Positions 44,242-54,520 of a stretch of DNA of 64,000 nucleotides are shown here, piece after piece (within the stretch, counting starts at the first letter, position 1; each line of letters opens with the position of its first letter). Source of the stretch: Candidatus Poseidoniaceae archaeon (GTDB lineage Archaea; Thermoplasmatota; Poseidoniia; Poseidoniales; Poseidoniaceae). The position numbers and the translations under genes were made by a program. The stretch lies in contig CASIBY010000001.1 in NCBI GenBank assembly GCA_949373095.1, positions 1,467 through 65,466 of the forward strand. The letters run 5' to 3'. The notes below the pieces were generated by a model, which was not told the origin of the DNA, did not search any database, and saw nothing but the letters and a program-made list of their open reading frames with translations.

Positions 44242-47200
44242 ATGACAGCGTCTTCTCGTAGTGGTTCGCGGGTAATTTTTGTCACACTTCTCTTCCTTTT
44301 ACCGTTGTTGACAGCAATTCATCCCCTCAATGAATCTGAATCAGTTGACCCCATGGTTCAGAATACTGGAGCTCGGGCTCAAGTCACCTGGTCGGGCACT
44401 AAGGTCCTCTCAGCCACCTACACCGTCCCTGTTTCGGATGAATTGGTCATTCAGGCCTGTACAGTGGTCCAGATGGGCGGGGGAGTGCGCATTATTGTCG
44501 ACGGTCGCCTCACCGTACAGGGGACTCAAAGTTGTCCTGTAACCCTCGAAGCGAGCGGACTTTCAGACCACGAAGGCATTCAATTCAATGCTTCCTCCTC
44601 AGGACGCGGTTCCTTTATCCAAAATTTAACGATTGAGGATTCCATTTACGGAATGACGATTTACAGTTCAAATCCCGTTATTGAAAATTTGACTGTGGCC
44701 AATCCAGACCGAGTGGGCGTTGACATGTTCAACAACGCTGCTCCAAGAATCACAGATTTATTCATCGATCAAGCCGGACGAGAATTGGCCTTTCAAGGTG
44801 ACTGGCGTTATGGTATTGGTCTTTCAATCGGCGCAGGCTCTACCCCAATTGTTACACGCGCAGTCTTCAGTGATGTTTTGACACGGGGAGTGAACATTTG
44901 GGGCGCATCAGGCGGACTTGTACAGGGGATTACCATTGACAATTGTTCAGGGTCAAGTTGGGCTATGGCTGCTGGGGTTTGGGTTGAAGACAGCCAACCT
45001 CTTCTCACAAACGTCTCTATTGACAAATCAGATACAGGCATGGTCATTCGTCATATTGACGACGGAGGCTATACTCGTGCAGTTGTCCGCGATGCAACGA
45101 TTACAAATTCAATGTACCGCGGCGTCTATGTTGACAAAAACAATCACACCAATTATACCAATTATGAGACCGCCGATTTCACAAACCTAACCATTCGTGG
45201 GACGGGAACGAGCGGAGCAACAACAGCGAACATTGGTTTTGCAGCACTTGAAGTCAACGCCACCGGTGCGTGGTTTGACAACACCCTCATTGAAGATTCA
45301 ACAACCGTTGGTGTGCGTTTGTACTTCGTCGATGATACCACCACCTTCCGAAACCTGACGATACGAGATTCAGGAGACCCGGGTCAAGGACCTCATGAAG
45401 CTGGACTTGCTGTCAGGTCGTCGTTTTTCGCACCTCACTTTGAGGAAATGGAAATTACGGGCTCAGTTGGACCAGGCATCTCTTCAACCTCAGGAGGGGC
45501 CATGCAAGGATTTGATTGGAACTTACACAATAATTCACAGCAGGGGTTGTTGATTGATAGAGCCACTGTGGTGGTCAATGAACTGGAACTCAACGACAAC
45601 GGACAGTCCGGTGCACATGTTCTAAATGCAAGATATGTGACATTTGAAAACCTCACTGCAGCAAATAACGGCGGAGATGCAACAAGTAATCCATTGCCGC
45701 AAAACCAAGCGGGCTTGTATTATGATGAATCCAACGATATGGAATCAGAATCAGGTGATGTTCGTTGCAGGAACTGTACGGTATCAGGGTCTACCGGAGC
45801 CGGTATTTTGGCTGAAAACTCAGTTGACTTGTGGCTTGAGGGCCTCACACTCTACGGGAACAGCGCAGATGTTCCCGCGCTCAGCGTCAATAATGAGGAC
45901 ACTATGCCTGCAGGTGCTAGTGGACGCATCAACATTCTCCAAGCGAGCATTGGTGCAGAAAGCCCAGGGCAGCCAGCCGTTGAACTGTTGCGAACAGCAG
46001 CCCACATCGAGGGGTTGTCTATGGTTGGAAACCATACTGGCTTAAATTGGAGTGGTGACAATAATGGAAACTTTGCATCAACAATTTCCGACAGCGAATT
46101 TTCAGGAACCTCCTGCGTCAAATTAACTAATCATCCCAACCTTGGTGGCCAAGGAAATACCATCACATCATCATGTTTTGGTTTTGTCCAACTGATCAAC
46201 AGTCAAGTGAATTGGTCAAACCTTGAAGATGAATTAGGTACGACAATGATTCAACTTGATGACACTTCCGACCTCCATCTTCATCAGCCCATTAATGTTG
46301 ATTTGAACTTGGCTTCCTTTTCAGGAACAGCGACCGTTGATGTTGCCTGGGACCTCACCATATGGGTTGTAAACAACTTCACAAACGGTGTTCCAAACGC
46401 AAACGTTGATGCAACATTCACAGACTATGAGCCATCAGTACAAGAGTATACGAACGATTTAGGCTATGTTTTCCTATCGGATTTCATAGGGCAACAGTGG
46501 ACTTCCTCAGGAGCATCTTCCTTCAACACTGTCACCGTTCAATGCGGCTACGATAGCATCACGAATTCAACCAGCGCAACACTCGACCAGAATAGGTTTG
46601 TGAATTGTTTACTACCCCTTGACAATCAAGCCCCGTTCTTGATGTGGACCTCGCCTCTGGATGAAACGATTTATCCCTCTCAAGGCGAAGTGATGTTCAA
46701 CGCAAGCGATTCTTGGGACCTTGATGATGATGAACTCACGTTCACATGGAGCAGTGACCTCGATGGTGATATTGTGGCGTCATGTACCGGACAGGGGCAT
46801 GGCAACGGGCAGGGGATTACTCAACAAGATATGACCAATGGAGTTCCATTCACAGTCAATACAAATTATCTGAATATGGGGTGCCAATTATCCGATGGGA
46901 TTCACCTCATCACACTTGAAATCTGCGATGATGCAGGTCATTGTGTATCCGAGGTTCGGACCATTGAATTGGTGAATCTCGCTCCAATTCTTGTCGTTGA
47001 CTTTGAACCCTCTTTGAATCCGTGGAGTGAACTCATCATGCCGCAAACCGGGACCGTGGTCATCAACACCACGGGCACATTTGATCCAGAAGGTGATGAT
47101 TTCGCATGCGTCATCGATTTCAACGGCGAAGGCGCCGGTTGGGGCAACCAGTGGGTGTGTCCCGAGGAACTCACGTACACCTTCGATTATACCACCGAGG

Positions 47201-49029
47201 ACCCGCCAGCGTCTGCCTCGTTGACGGTCATGGCTTTTGATGCCGTAGGCAACAATGCGACATATACCGTGGACGTGATTCTGTTCAATGAAATACCTGA
47301 ACCAATATTTGAGGTTCAGCGTCAAGGAAACGAAAGTGAACAATTGGTCACATTGGAAGGAAGCGCGACTTCAGACCCAGAAGGTGATGACATGGTCGTG
47401 ACCTACCGTTCCAGCCTTGATGGTGTGTTGGCTGAACTCACGAATGGCTCAACAACTTGGTCAGGATATCTTTCTCGGGGAGTCCACACGATCACAATGG
47501 AAGTTACTGATGACCAAGCTGAACATGTCAATCAAAGTGCATCATCATCCGTTTTGGTGACGGTTGACAACTCGTTTCCAATCGCCATGATCGCCTCACC
47601 TTCGTTGACAACGTTCGATTCCTCTGAATTAATTGAGTTCTCAGCGAACGGCTCAGGGGATTTCGATGCAGCATGCGACACCTTCCCAGAAGAAGGAACA
47701 TGGCATTGTGCTCCGTTCTCACCTTATGGCGGCTCAGAGTTTTTGGTGGTTACATGGACGAGTGACCTTGATGGTCGTCTCACTCCTGAAGGTGAAGATT
47801 GGTTGATGTTTGAATCACGATTGAGTACCGGGACCCACACCATTACATTGAGTTTGGATGATGGAATCCATGAACCTGTCATCTCAACAATAAGTTTAGA
47901 GATTGTTCCTTCTGCTCCAGTTCTCGGTTTGCTGAGTCCCATTGATGGTTCAAGCCACTCCTCTTCTGCTATTCTGATGTTTGACGCATCGCAAAGCATA
48001 GATTACGACAATGATAGTTTTGTTTTAACACTACGAACTTCACTTGAGGACGACCCAATTCTCGTTGATATATTACCAAGTGAAAGCCACGCTTTGACCT
48101 TGCGTGCAGGCAATCATATTCTCACCGTGACATTAACTGATGATACCGGAATGTCCCGGGATGAAACCTTCACGCTCACCATCAATGAATCTGGCCCAAC
48201 AATGGTGCTCATCTCGCCCGAAAATCGGCAGTCCATCGCTCCTGGAGGCGTTGTGATACTGGAAGAAGCCTCGTTTGATGCGGACAATGACCTGGTCGTA
48301 CGAGAATGGCGCCGCTGGTCGGATGGAATGAGTCTCCCTGAAGTTATCTCAACGAGTTCAATTGATGAAATTACAAACTTGATGCCGGGGGAGTACCATC
48401 TCTCACTTTACGTTGAGGACTCTCAAGGGAACTGGCTCGAAGAGCACGTGAACATAACGATTCAATCCAGCCTTCCTTCATTTGACAGAGACTCGTTGGT
48501 TCTCAGTGAAACCACCTTTGTTGCGGGGGAACTGTCTCAACTCAATATTTCAATTCGACTTGATGATGCCGACGGCACTACAAAGGACGTACGAGCAAAT
48601 TTGACACACAACATTCAGCAATGGGAAATCAATCTTACCGATGATGACGGGGACGGTGTCTGGGAAGGAATCCTCGAATGGCGCCCTGAAGAAACAGGGA
48701 GTCCAAGTTTGAAATTAGTTGCACGTGACGGTGAGGGGCAAAACGCCAATATTGACATCTTTACGAGTACGTTAACCGTTGAAGAATCTGAAGACGATCA
48801 GCGAATCCTGTTTTTCGCCCTAGGTGCTACTGGCCTCTTTGGTGGATTTGGTTTGCTGGCATTTATCGCTATGCGCCGTCGTCGGGCCTTATCAGATATT
48901 GACCTCATCGCTTCTTGGGATGCATTTAGAGCGCCGGAAAAGACTGCTGAAGTTGAGCAACGTCCGTTAGAAGAGAACATCATGGACGGTACTGAAGAAG
49001 TTCAGAGTGACCTAGACGGTTTACTTTGA
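44242..49029 (+). CDS. Giant (1595 aa) surface protein: N-terminal right-handed beta-helix (PbH1/NosD-like) region, multiple PKD/Ig-like domains, C-terminal TM anchor
   Basis: The signal peptide is VIFVTLLFLLPLLTA. Repetitive beta-helix turns occur (NLTIEDSIYGMTIYSSNPVIENLTVAN..., GITIDNCSGS...). PKD-like modules carry D.DDD.LTFTWSSDLDG and DPEGDD motifs. The TM helix (ILFFALGATGLFGGFGLLAFIAM) is followed by RRRR. Confidence 0.7.
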   Translation: MTASSRSGSRVIFVTLLFLLPLLTAIHPLNESESVDPMVQNTGARAQVTWSGTKVLSATYTVPVSDELVIQACTVVQMGGGVRIIVDGRLTVQGTQSCPVTLEASGLSDHEGIQFNASSSGRGSFIQNLTIEDSIYGMTIYSSNPVIENLTVANPDRVGVDMFNNAAPRITDLFIDQAGRELAFQGDWRYGIGLSIGAGSTPIVTRAVFSDVLTRGVNIWGASGGLVQGITIDNCSGSSWAMAAGVWVEDSQPLLTNVSIDKSDTGMVIRHIDDGGYTRAVVRDATITNSMYRGVYVDKNNHTNYTNYETADFTNLTIRGTGTSGATTANIGFAALEVNATGAWFDNTLIEDSTTVGVRLYFVDDTTTFRNLTIRDSGDPGQGPHEAGLAVRSSFFAPHFEEMEITGSVGPGISSTSGGAMQGFDWNLHNNSQQGLLIDRATVVVNELELNDNGQSGAHVLNARYVTFENLTAANNGGDATSNPLPQNQAGLYYDESNDMESESGDVRCRNCTVSGSTGAGILAENSVDLWLEGLTLYGNSADVPALSVNNEDTMPAGASGRINILQASIGAESPGQPAVELLRTAAHIEGLSMVGNHTGLNWSGDNNGNFASTISDSEFSGTSCVKLTNHPNLGGQGNTITSSCFGFVQLINSQVNWSNLEDELGTTMIQLDDTSDLHLHQPINVDLNLASFSGTATVDVAWDLTIWVVNNFTNGVPNANVDATFTDYEPSVQEYTNDLGYVFLSDFIGQQWTSSGASSFNTVTVQCGYDSITNSTSATLDQNRFVNCLLPLDNQAPFLMWTSPLDETIYPSQGEVMFNASDSWDLDDDELTFTWSSDLDGDIVASCTGQGHGNGQGITQQDMTNGVPFTVNTNYLNMGCQLSDGIHLITLEICDDAGHCVSEVRTIELVNLAPILVVDFEPSLNPWSELIMPQTGTVVINTTGTFDPEGDDFACVIDFNGEGAGWGNQWVCPEELTYTFDYTTEDPPASASLTVMAFDAVGNNATYTVDVILFNEIPEPIFEVQRQGNESEQLVTLEGSATSDPEGDDMVVTYRSSLDGVLAELTNGSTTWSGYLSRGVHTITMEVTDDQAEHVNQSASSSVLVTVDNSFPIAMIASPSLTTFDSSELIEFSANGSGDFDAACDTFPEEGTWHCAPFSPYGGSEFLVVTWTSDLDGRLTPEGEDWLMFESRLSTGTHTITLSLDDGIHEPVISTISLEIVPSAPVLGLLSPIDGSSHSSSAILMFDASQSIDYDNDSFVLTLRTSLEDDPILVDILPSESHALTLRAGNHILTVTLTDDTGMSRDETFTLTINESGPTMVLISPENRQSIAPGGVVILEEASFDADNDLVVREWRRWSDGMSLPEVISTSSIDEITNLMPGEYHLSLYVEDSQGNWLEEHVNITIQSSLPSFDRDSLVLSETTFVAGELSQLNISIRLDDADGTTKDVRANLTHNIQQWEINLTDDDGDGVWEGILEWRPEETGSPSLKLVARDGEGQNANIDIFTSTLTVEESEDDQRILFFALGATGLFGGFGLLAFIAMRRRRALSDIDLIASWDAFRAPEKTAEVEQRPLEENIMDGTEEVQSDLDGLL

Positions 49030-49032
49030 GGT

Positions 49033-49809
49033 TCACTTCTTCTGTTCAGGAAGGTCGCCTTTGGTTGAATCTGGGTTTTCATCACGGCCACCCCATGGAG
49101 TCAAGGTCTTGTTTAGACCAACTCTGCGAGAAAAGAGGAACTTCAAGTTCTTCCATCCGTCTCCCCAGGTGTGGATTTCAGCATCACCGACACGTGGGCG
49201 GTATGGGACTGAGATTTCAACAGCTTTCTTCTTTCCAAGATGTCGGCGTGTGATGATTTTCATTTCCTCACTTAGAGGCATGCCATCATTGGTTGGGCGA
49301 AGTTTTTCATCTTCGAAAATAGATTTCTTAAAAACCCACATTCCGGATTGAGAATCTTTAATCCCGTATCCAAACAAGAGGCGTGCAGTAAACGAAAGCA
49401 CCCAATTTCCAAATCCGTGAAGTCCAGACATGGACCCGTCCTCGGCCATTGATAAGCGGTCACAAGTAATGAATTCCAAATCATCATCAATGAGTCGCTT
49501 GACGAGTTCAGGAACAAGTTCAGCAGGGTAGGTGCAATCTGCGTCCATGGTGACGATGATGTCGTTTGATGCAACATCAAATCCAGTTCTGTATGCGCGT
49601 CCGTAACCTTTCCGGCCTTCGAGATGGACGCGAATTTCTTTTTCAAGGGCAATTTCACGAGTTCGGTCGGATGAGTTCCCATCCACAATCATGATTTCCA
49701 AATCCTTACACCATCCACGGGGGATTGCATCAATAGTTGGTCCTAGCGCTTCTTCCTCGTTCCGGGTAGGGAGGATAACTGTCACGGTCACGGGTAACAC
49801 ATCGGGCAT
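49033..49809 (-). CDS. GT2-family glycosyltransferase (dolichyl/polyprenyl-phosphate hexosyltransferase, Dpm1/AglD-like)
   Basis: The GT-A motifs VILPTRNEEE, VDGNSSDRT and MDADCTYP (DxD) are present. Confidence 0.85.
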   Translation of the reverse strand: MPDVLPVTVTVILPTRNEEEALGPTIDAIPRGWCKDLEIMIVDGNSSDRTREIALEKEIRVHLEGRKGYGRAYRTGFDVASNDIIVTMDADCTYPAELVPELVKRLIDDDLEFITCDRLSMAEDGSMSGLHGFGNWVLSFTARLLFGYGIKDSQSGMWVFKKSIFEDEKLRPTNDGMPLSEEMKIITRRHLGKKKAVEISVPYRPRVGDAEIHTWGDGWKNLKFLFSRRVGLNKTLTPWGGRDENPDSTKGDLPEQKK

Positions 49810-49914
49810 GATGTCCCCACCGTTTGGGTGGACTTGAAAGGTTTGGCTTTATTCTCAACAGAAGCAGGCACATCTTCAATGACATTCAAATGCCCGTTGG
49901 TCTTGGTTATCTTG

Positions 49915-51180
49915 ATGCACATCGCCATGGTCTCAGGCGAATATCCTCCTCGTTGGGGGGGTATTGGCTCGGTTGTATTCCACCTGGCTGGTCATCTCGC
50001 TCAGCGAGGTCATGACGTCACCGTTATCACTAGGACCCACCAAAAGCGTACACCTAAGCAACCTGGAGTCAGCGTCCTTCATGTGCCTTGGCTCAAAGCA
50101 CCCATGGCCTTTACCCGCTCATATGGAAAACATGCGCTTACTTCGCTACGCAGGCTTCATTTGGAAAAGCCGGTAGATGTTGTCCATACACTTCTTCCGC
50201 TGGTGAGTTGGAACGAGCGAGAGTATGAATGGGTTGAAGAGAACATTGGCCCCGTCGTTTCAGCCCTTAATGGGAGTTGGATTGGTGAACGTGAGGGAAT
50301 GAAACTTGCTGCACGCCATAACGAATCAGCAACTTGGAAGAATCCTAATGATTTGGCCATTCTTCTTACTGCAAAGCATTACGCGAAGTACGAACAAGCC
50401 GGGATTACAGGTTCGACCATTAGCGTAGCAATTTCCGAATCAACCAAAAATGAATTTGAGCAATGGTACCAACCTCCAGAGGATTGGGATTGCGAAACAG
50501 TCCTCTATGGCGTTGACCACAAAGTGTTCCGGCCAGTGAATCATGATGATGAAGAAGACCAACTGGCCTATGAGGCCATCCGGACCAAGTATGGCGCTGA
50601 TGATGAAGCGGCCCTTATTGGCAGGGCAGATACAGAAACTCCTCTTTTGCTTGCCGTTGGAAGATTAGTCGCTCGTAAGGGCCATCGAACCCTGTTGCGA
50701 GCCATGCCTGAAATTCTCAAAGTCCATCCTGGGGCAAAATTGGTTGTCATCGGAAGAGGCCACATGCGTAAGACGCTGATGCGGCAAGCTAAACGCTTGG
50801 GTATCGGTCATGCAGTTTCAATTCAGCCTGGAATGAGTTTTGATCGCCTTGCGTTGCATTTCCGTTCAGCAGATTTGGTCATCTATCCCTCTTATTATGA
50901 AGGTCAAGGCCTCATCCCTCTCGAGGCGCTCGCAAGTGGAACACCAGTCGTGACAGTCAACCAACCTCCACTGACGGAGATGATTGACTCTACGGTTGGT
51001 GGGCTTTTCGCTTGCGGCGACCCCGCTGATCTGGCTCAAAGTGTGATTGAATCTCTTAACGTTCCCGAAGCACGACAGAATCAAGCAGAGTTGGGCCGAG
51101 AGCGAGTGTTGAGTATGTATACTTACGAGCACAATGCAGAGGCCTATGAGGCCATTTACCAACGAGCAATCAATCTTTAA
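49915..51180 (+). CDS. Glycosyltransferase, GT-B fold (GT4)
   Basis: MHIAMVSGEYPPRWGGIGSVV is the classical GT4 N-terminus. The C-terminal motif is YPSYYEGQGLIPLEALASGTPVV (E-x7-E). The ORF opens further upstream at 49828. Confidence 0.8.
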   Translation: MHIAMVSGEYPPRWGGIGSVVFHLAGHLAQRGHDVTVITRTHQKRTPKQPGVSVLHVPWLKAPMAFTRSYGKHALTSLRRLHLEKPVDVVHTLLPLVSWNEREYEWVEENIGPVVSALNGSWIGEREGMKLAARHNESATWKNPNDLAILLTAKHYAKYEQAGITGSTISVAISESTKNEFEQWYQPPEDWDCETVLYGVDHKVFRPVNHDDEEDQLAYEAIRTKYGADDEAALIGRADTETPLLLAVGRLVARKGHRTLLRAMPEILKVHPGAKLVVIGRGHMRKTLMRQAKRLGIGHAVSIQPGMSFDRLALHFRSADLVIYPSYYEGQGLIPLEALASGTPVVTVNQPPLTEMIDSTVGGLFACGDPADLAQSVIESLNVPEARQNQAELGRERVLSMYTYEHNAEAYEAIYQRAINL

Positions 51181-51214
51181 CACTTCACATCCGCCCTCTT
51201 TTGTCTTGACTTTT

Positions 51215-51231
51215 ATGCGGAAGGTCATTAT
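51215..51231 (+). promoter_or_regulatory. Conserved 17-mer ATGCGGAAGGTCATTAT exactly 40 nt upstream of the ATG of the first BNR lipoprotein gene (putative BRE/TATA-like promoter of a leaderless mRNA)
   Basis: The same 17-mer occurs at 52740-52756 with identical spacing to the paralogous gene's ATG. Confidence 0.4.
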
Positions 51232-51254
51232 TGGACGAGAGATTGGCGATAGAC

Positions 51255-52730
51255 ATGCAGGTTAAGGCATTCCTTCTCGCACTCCTTGTAGCGACGGTTT
51301 CGTTGTCCGGTTGTTTCGGAGAAGAAATTGAAGAAGCAGTTGTCGTGGAAATCGAGGAAGAGGACAAACGAACCTTTGTTACCGACAAAAACGGACAGCC
51401 TGTGTCAGACGCACTTTTGGACCTGGAGTTCATGTTCAGTGATGTTGGTGAAACCGGAAAGGAGCCCAGCATCGGTATCACTTCAAGCGGTTGCATCTTT
51501 TTCATTGCTATGGAGAAAGTGATGAGGTCCTGCGATGGAGGTGGTGCGTGGGAAGAAACTCAAGATCCGATTCAATGCTCTCCAACAACCAGCGACCCAT
51601 ACGGTTGGGTTGACCCGATTACAGATCGAGTTTTCAATGTCCAAATGATCGGTTTGGAAACATCATGGATCTGCTGGAGCGATGACGATGGGGAGTCTTG
51701 GCTCGGCAATCCACATGACTCTGGGACTACTCCAATCAATGACCACATCAAACTAGCAAGCGGGCCTTGGACAAGTTCCGGCTATGGGGCATTGGGACAA
51801 TTTACCTCGAACTTTTATGAAACAGCCGTGTATTATTGTTACAATAAACTTGCAGGAATCTTCTGTTTCACAAGTTTTGACGGCGGTGCTACATTTGAGA
51901 CGGGCGGTCAGATTATTGGTCTGGCCACAGCGAACGGCGGTTTACACGGGGCGATTTCAACGGCCCCAGACGGGACCGTATACGTGACCCCAAGAGTCGA
52001 AACCCCAACGGTTATCGTTTCGCATGATAATGGATATTCTTGGTTTGAGCAATCAATGGGCCAAGATGTTGGAACCCCAAACCCCAGGAAAAATTCTGAA
52101 GTTTCAACCGATACCGATTCCAATGCCTACCATATTTGGACGGGCGGAGACGAAGGGATCTACATGTCAAGGTCAACTGATTCGGGAGAAAGTTGGGAAC
52201 AAGAGAGTATTCGTATCTCTCCAAACCAGGTGATTTCCACGGTGTTCCCCCAAACCGATGCTGGCGACCCAGGACGAATCGCTGTAACCTACCTGGGTAG
52301 TGAGAATTCCGAGATGTTGAATCAATCCAATCTTGATGGAAGCCCCTGGGACGGGAATGCACACTATGCTCCAAACAATGCTACCTACCACCTTTACATC
52401 ACATACAGCTTGAATGCGTTGGATGATGAACCGATTTTCCACACCTACCGGGTAACCGATGACCCCGTTCAAATCGGTTCAATTTGTTTGAATTCAGGGG
52501 ATTGCAGGGATATTGGGGGTTCAAATCGGAATCTGCTGGATTTCAATGATTTACACATTGACCGCGAAGGAAGGGTGTATGTCGCATTTGCAGATGGATG
52601 TACGGGCGATTGCGCTACCGGCGGAAATTCCACTGCGGAGGACTCTCGGGACGGGCGCGGTTCGGTATATTACCTCGCTAAAGGCCCCAGTCTTCTCTTG
52701 GAAAATGGTGAACTTTCACCACTGGTTTGA
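51255..52730 (+). CDS. Secreted lipoprotein with BNR/Asp-box repeats (sialidase-like beta-propeller)
   Basis: It has a lipobox (ATVSLSGCFGEE). Five Asp-box motifs are present (SCDGGGAW, SDDDGESW, SFDGGATF, SHDNGYSW, STDSGESW). Confidence 0.7.
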   Translation: MQVKAFLLALLVATVSLSGCFGEEIEEAVVVEIEEEDKRTFVTDKNGQPVSDALLDLEFMFSDVGETGKEPSIGITSSGCIFFIAMEKVMRSCDGGGAWEETQDPIQCSPTTSDPYGWVDPITDRVFNVQMIGLETSWICWSDDDGESWLGNPHDSGTTPINDHIKLASGPWTSSGYGALGQFTSNFYETAVYYCYNKLAGIFCFTSFDGGATFETGGQIIGLATANGGLHGAISTAPDGTVYVTPRVETPTVIVSHDNGYSWFEQSMGQDVGTPNPRKNSEVSTDTDSNAYHIWTGGDEGIYMSRSTDSGESWEQESIRISPNQVISTVFPQTDAGDPGRIAVTYLGSENSEMLNQSNLDGSPWDGNAHYAPNNATYHLYITYSLNALDDEPIFHTYRVTDDPVQIGSICLNSGDCRDIGGSNRNLLDFNDLHIDREGRVYVAFADGCTGDCATGGNSTAEDSRDGRGSVYYLAKGPSLLLENGELSPLV

Positions 52731-52739
52731 TATCAGTCC

Positions 52740-52756
52740 ATGCGGAAGGTCATTAT
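52740..52756 (+). promoter_or_regulatory. Second copy of the 17-mer ATGCGGAAGGTCATTAT, 40 nt upstream of the ATG at 52780
   Basis: It matches 51215-51231 exactly. It starts 10 nt after the stop of the upstream paralogue. Confidence 0.4.
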
Positions 52757-52779
52757 CCCAATGACGATTCGGCTTTACT

Positions 52780-54225
52780 ATGCAAGCAAGAGCATTGTTT
52801 CTCTCTCTCATGGTGGTAACCCTCTCCTTGTCGGGTTGCTTTGGCGAGGAGGAGGAGAATAAATCCATTGAGGAACCAACTCCTTTTGATTCGCTTCCAA
52901 GTATGACTACCTGGTATCATTACCCTGGCGGTGTTAACGCAACGAATGCTTCTATTGGCTTTGATAACCTAACCGGTAATTCAACGCCATACCCCGCTTT
53001 AGGGACCTACTACGGTATTGGTGATACTACCTTTGAACCCACCATTGGTGTTACTTCGACCGGTGGAATCCACTATTCATCCTTTGGAGGGGCAGGCTCT
53101 GGAACCATGGTTTACACTTCAATGGATCAGGGTCAGACATGGAACAATATGGGCCCTTTCAATCCGATATTACCAATTGAGGTCGGGCAAGTCCCATCAT
53201 CCAACGATCCATACATTTACGTTGACAAGTGGACAGACCGAATCGTCAAATTTGACATGCATGCGCTCACTGCCATGTTCGTAGAATATTCTGATGATGA
53301 CGGTAACACATGGTCCATACCATTCTCTGCGGAAGGCTACTACAGCCCACAAGACCACCAATCGATTGCTTCAATGCCTGATGTTGATGGAATTGGATTT
53401 TACGACACCATCTATGTATTTTGTATCAACACTGGAAGTTCAGCAGCTGGCCCCCAATGCTCACGATCACTTGATGGGGCCCACACATGGGACATCCAGC
53501 GCCCAGGATATCCAACAGATACTGCTCAGTGTTCAGGATTGCACGGGCACCTTGCAGGTTCCAACGATGGTGCAATTTACCGAGGCAACCCATCTTGTGA
53601 TGGTCCTGCTGTATATCGGAGCATTGACGGAGGCTATTCATGGACTGAACACACCATTACTACAGATGTCCCCATGCAGGACGGATGGCACAGTCACGAA
53701 GTCGCTGTTGCAACCGATGAAGCAGGAAATCTTTTTGCATCCTGGATTAGCGTAGACCAGATGCCTTGGATGGCATATTCAAGGGACCAAGGAGATACTT
53801 GGTCTGAACCAATGATGGTTGCACCCCCAGAAGTAACCGAAACGGGCTTCCCGACGATTTTTGCCGGAGATGAAGGGCGCGTTGTTGTAGGATACATCGG
53901 GGAAAGCGTGGATAACGGCGGCTGGTCCGGCTACATGTCGGTCATGACCGATGCGTTCGCAGACAATCCTCTCATCACATCAGTAGCAGTGAATGCTCCT
54001 GACGACCCTCTGGACTCCACCGATGATTGTGGTAACGTCCGTTGTGGCGGGTTTGGAGATTTCATAGATGTTGAATTGGACGATGAAGGCCGTCCATGGA
54101 TTGCTCTTTCACACAATGTCAATGGTGACCTTGGAATCGTAGGGACCTATGTGTACGGCCCTTCTTTGTACGGTGACTTGGTACTTCTTCCAGAGATTAC
54201 TGCCGGTGGGCCCTCAACGTTGTGA
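52780..54225 (+). CDS. Secreted lipoprotein with BNR/Asp-box repeats (sialidase-like beta-propeller), paralogue of 51255-52730
   Basis: It has a lipobox (VTLSLSGCFGEE). Five Asp-box motifs are present (SMDQGQTW, SDDDGNTW, SLDGAHTW, SIDGGYSW, SRDQGDTW). Confidence 0.7.
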   Translation: MQARALFLSLMVVTLSLSGCFGEEEENKSIEEPTPFDSLPSMTTWYHYPGGVNATNASIGFDNLTGNSTPYPALGTYYGIGDTTFEPTIGVTSTGGIHYSSFGGAGSGTMVYTSMDQGQTWNNMGPFNPILPIEVGQVPSSNDPYIYVDKWTDRIVKFDMHALTAMFVEYSDDDGNTWSIPFSAEGYYSPQDHQSIASMPDVDGIGFYDTIYVFCINTGSSAAGPQCSRSLDGAHTWDIQRPGYPTDTAQCSGLHGHLAGSNDGAIYRGNPSCDGPAVYRSIDGGYSWTEHTITTDVPMQDGWHSHEVAVATDEAGNLFASWISVDQMPWMAYSRDQGDTWSEPMMVAPPEVTETGFPTIFAGDEGRVVVGYIGESVDNGGWSGYMSVMTDAFADNPLITSVAVNAPDDPLDSTDDCGNVRCGGFGDFIDVELDDEGRPWIALSHNVNGDLGIVGTYVYGPSLYGDLVLLPEITAGGPSTL

Positions 54226-54229
54226 GTCA

Positions 54230-54469
54230 ATGGCACTGCTGAATCTTTGGTCACTATCCCACTTTGCGATTTGGTCTATCGCAGGTCGTTGGACGAACTT
54301 GAATTGGACCATGTTCTTCGTACTCTCAATTTCTTGGGAATGCTTTGAGTGGGCCATTGACGGTCAATCATGGGCTTCCTTCGCTGTTGAGCCCCTAGAG
54401 AATAAACTCTCAGACCTGGTTGTGAATACAGTCGGGTTTTGGGTGGGTAAGCGTTTGAAAATCGATTGA
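54230..54469 (+). CDS. Small (79 aa) two- to three-TM membrane protein, function unknown
   Basis: The ATG lies 5 nt after the stop of the upstream gene. Hydrophobic segments include LLNLWSLSHFAIWSIAG and MFFVLSISWECFEWAI. Confidence 0.4.
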   Translation: MALLNLWSLSHFAIWSIAGRWTNLNWTMFFVLSISWECFEWAIDGQSWASFAVEPLENKLSDLVVNTVGFWVGKRLKID

Positions 54470-54520
54470 GGGCACTGGTGAGGCTATCTTCTGGATTGCT
54501 CCAGTGTTGGAAGGCTTCGC

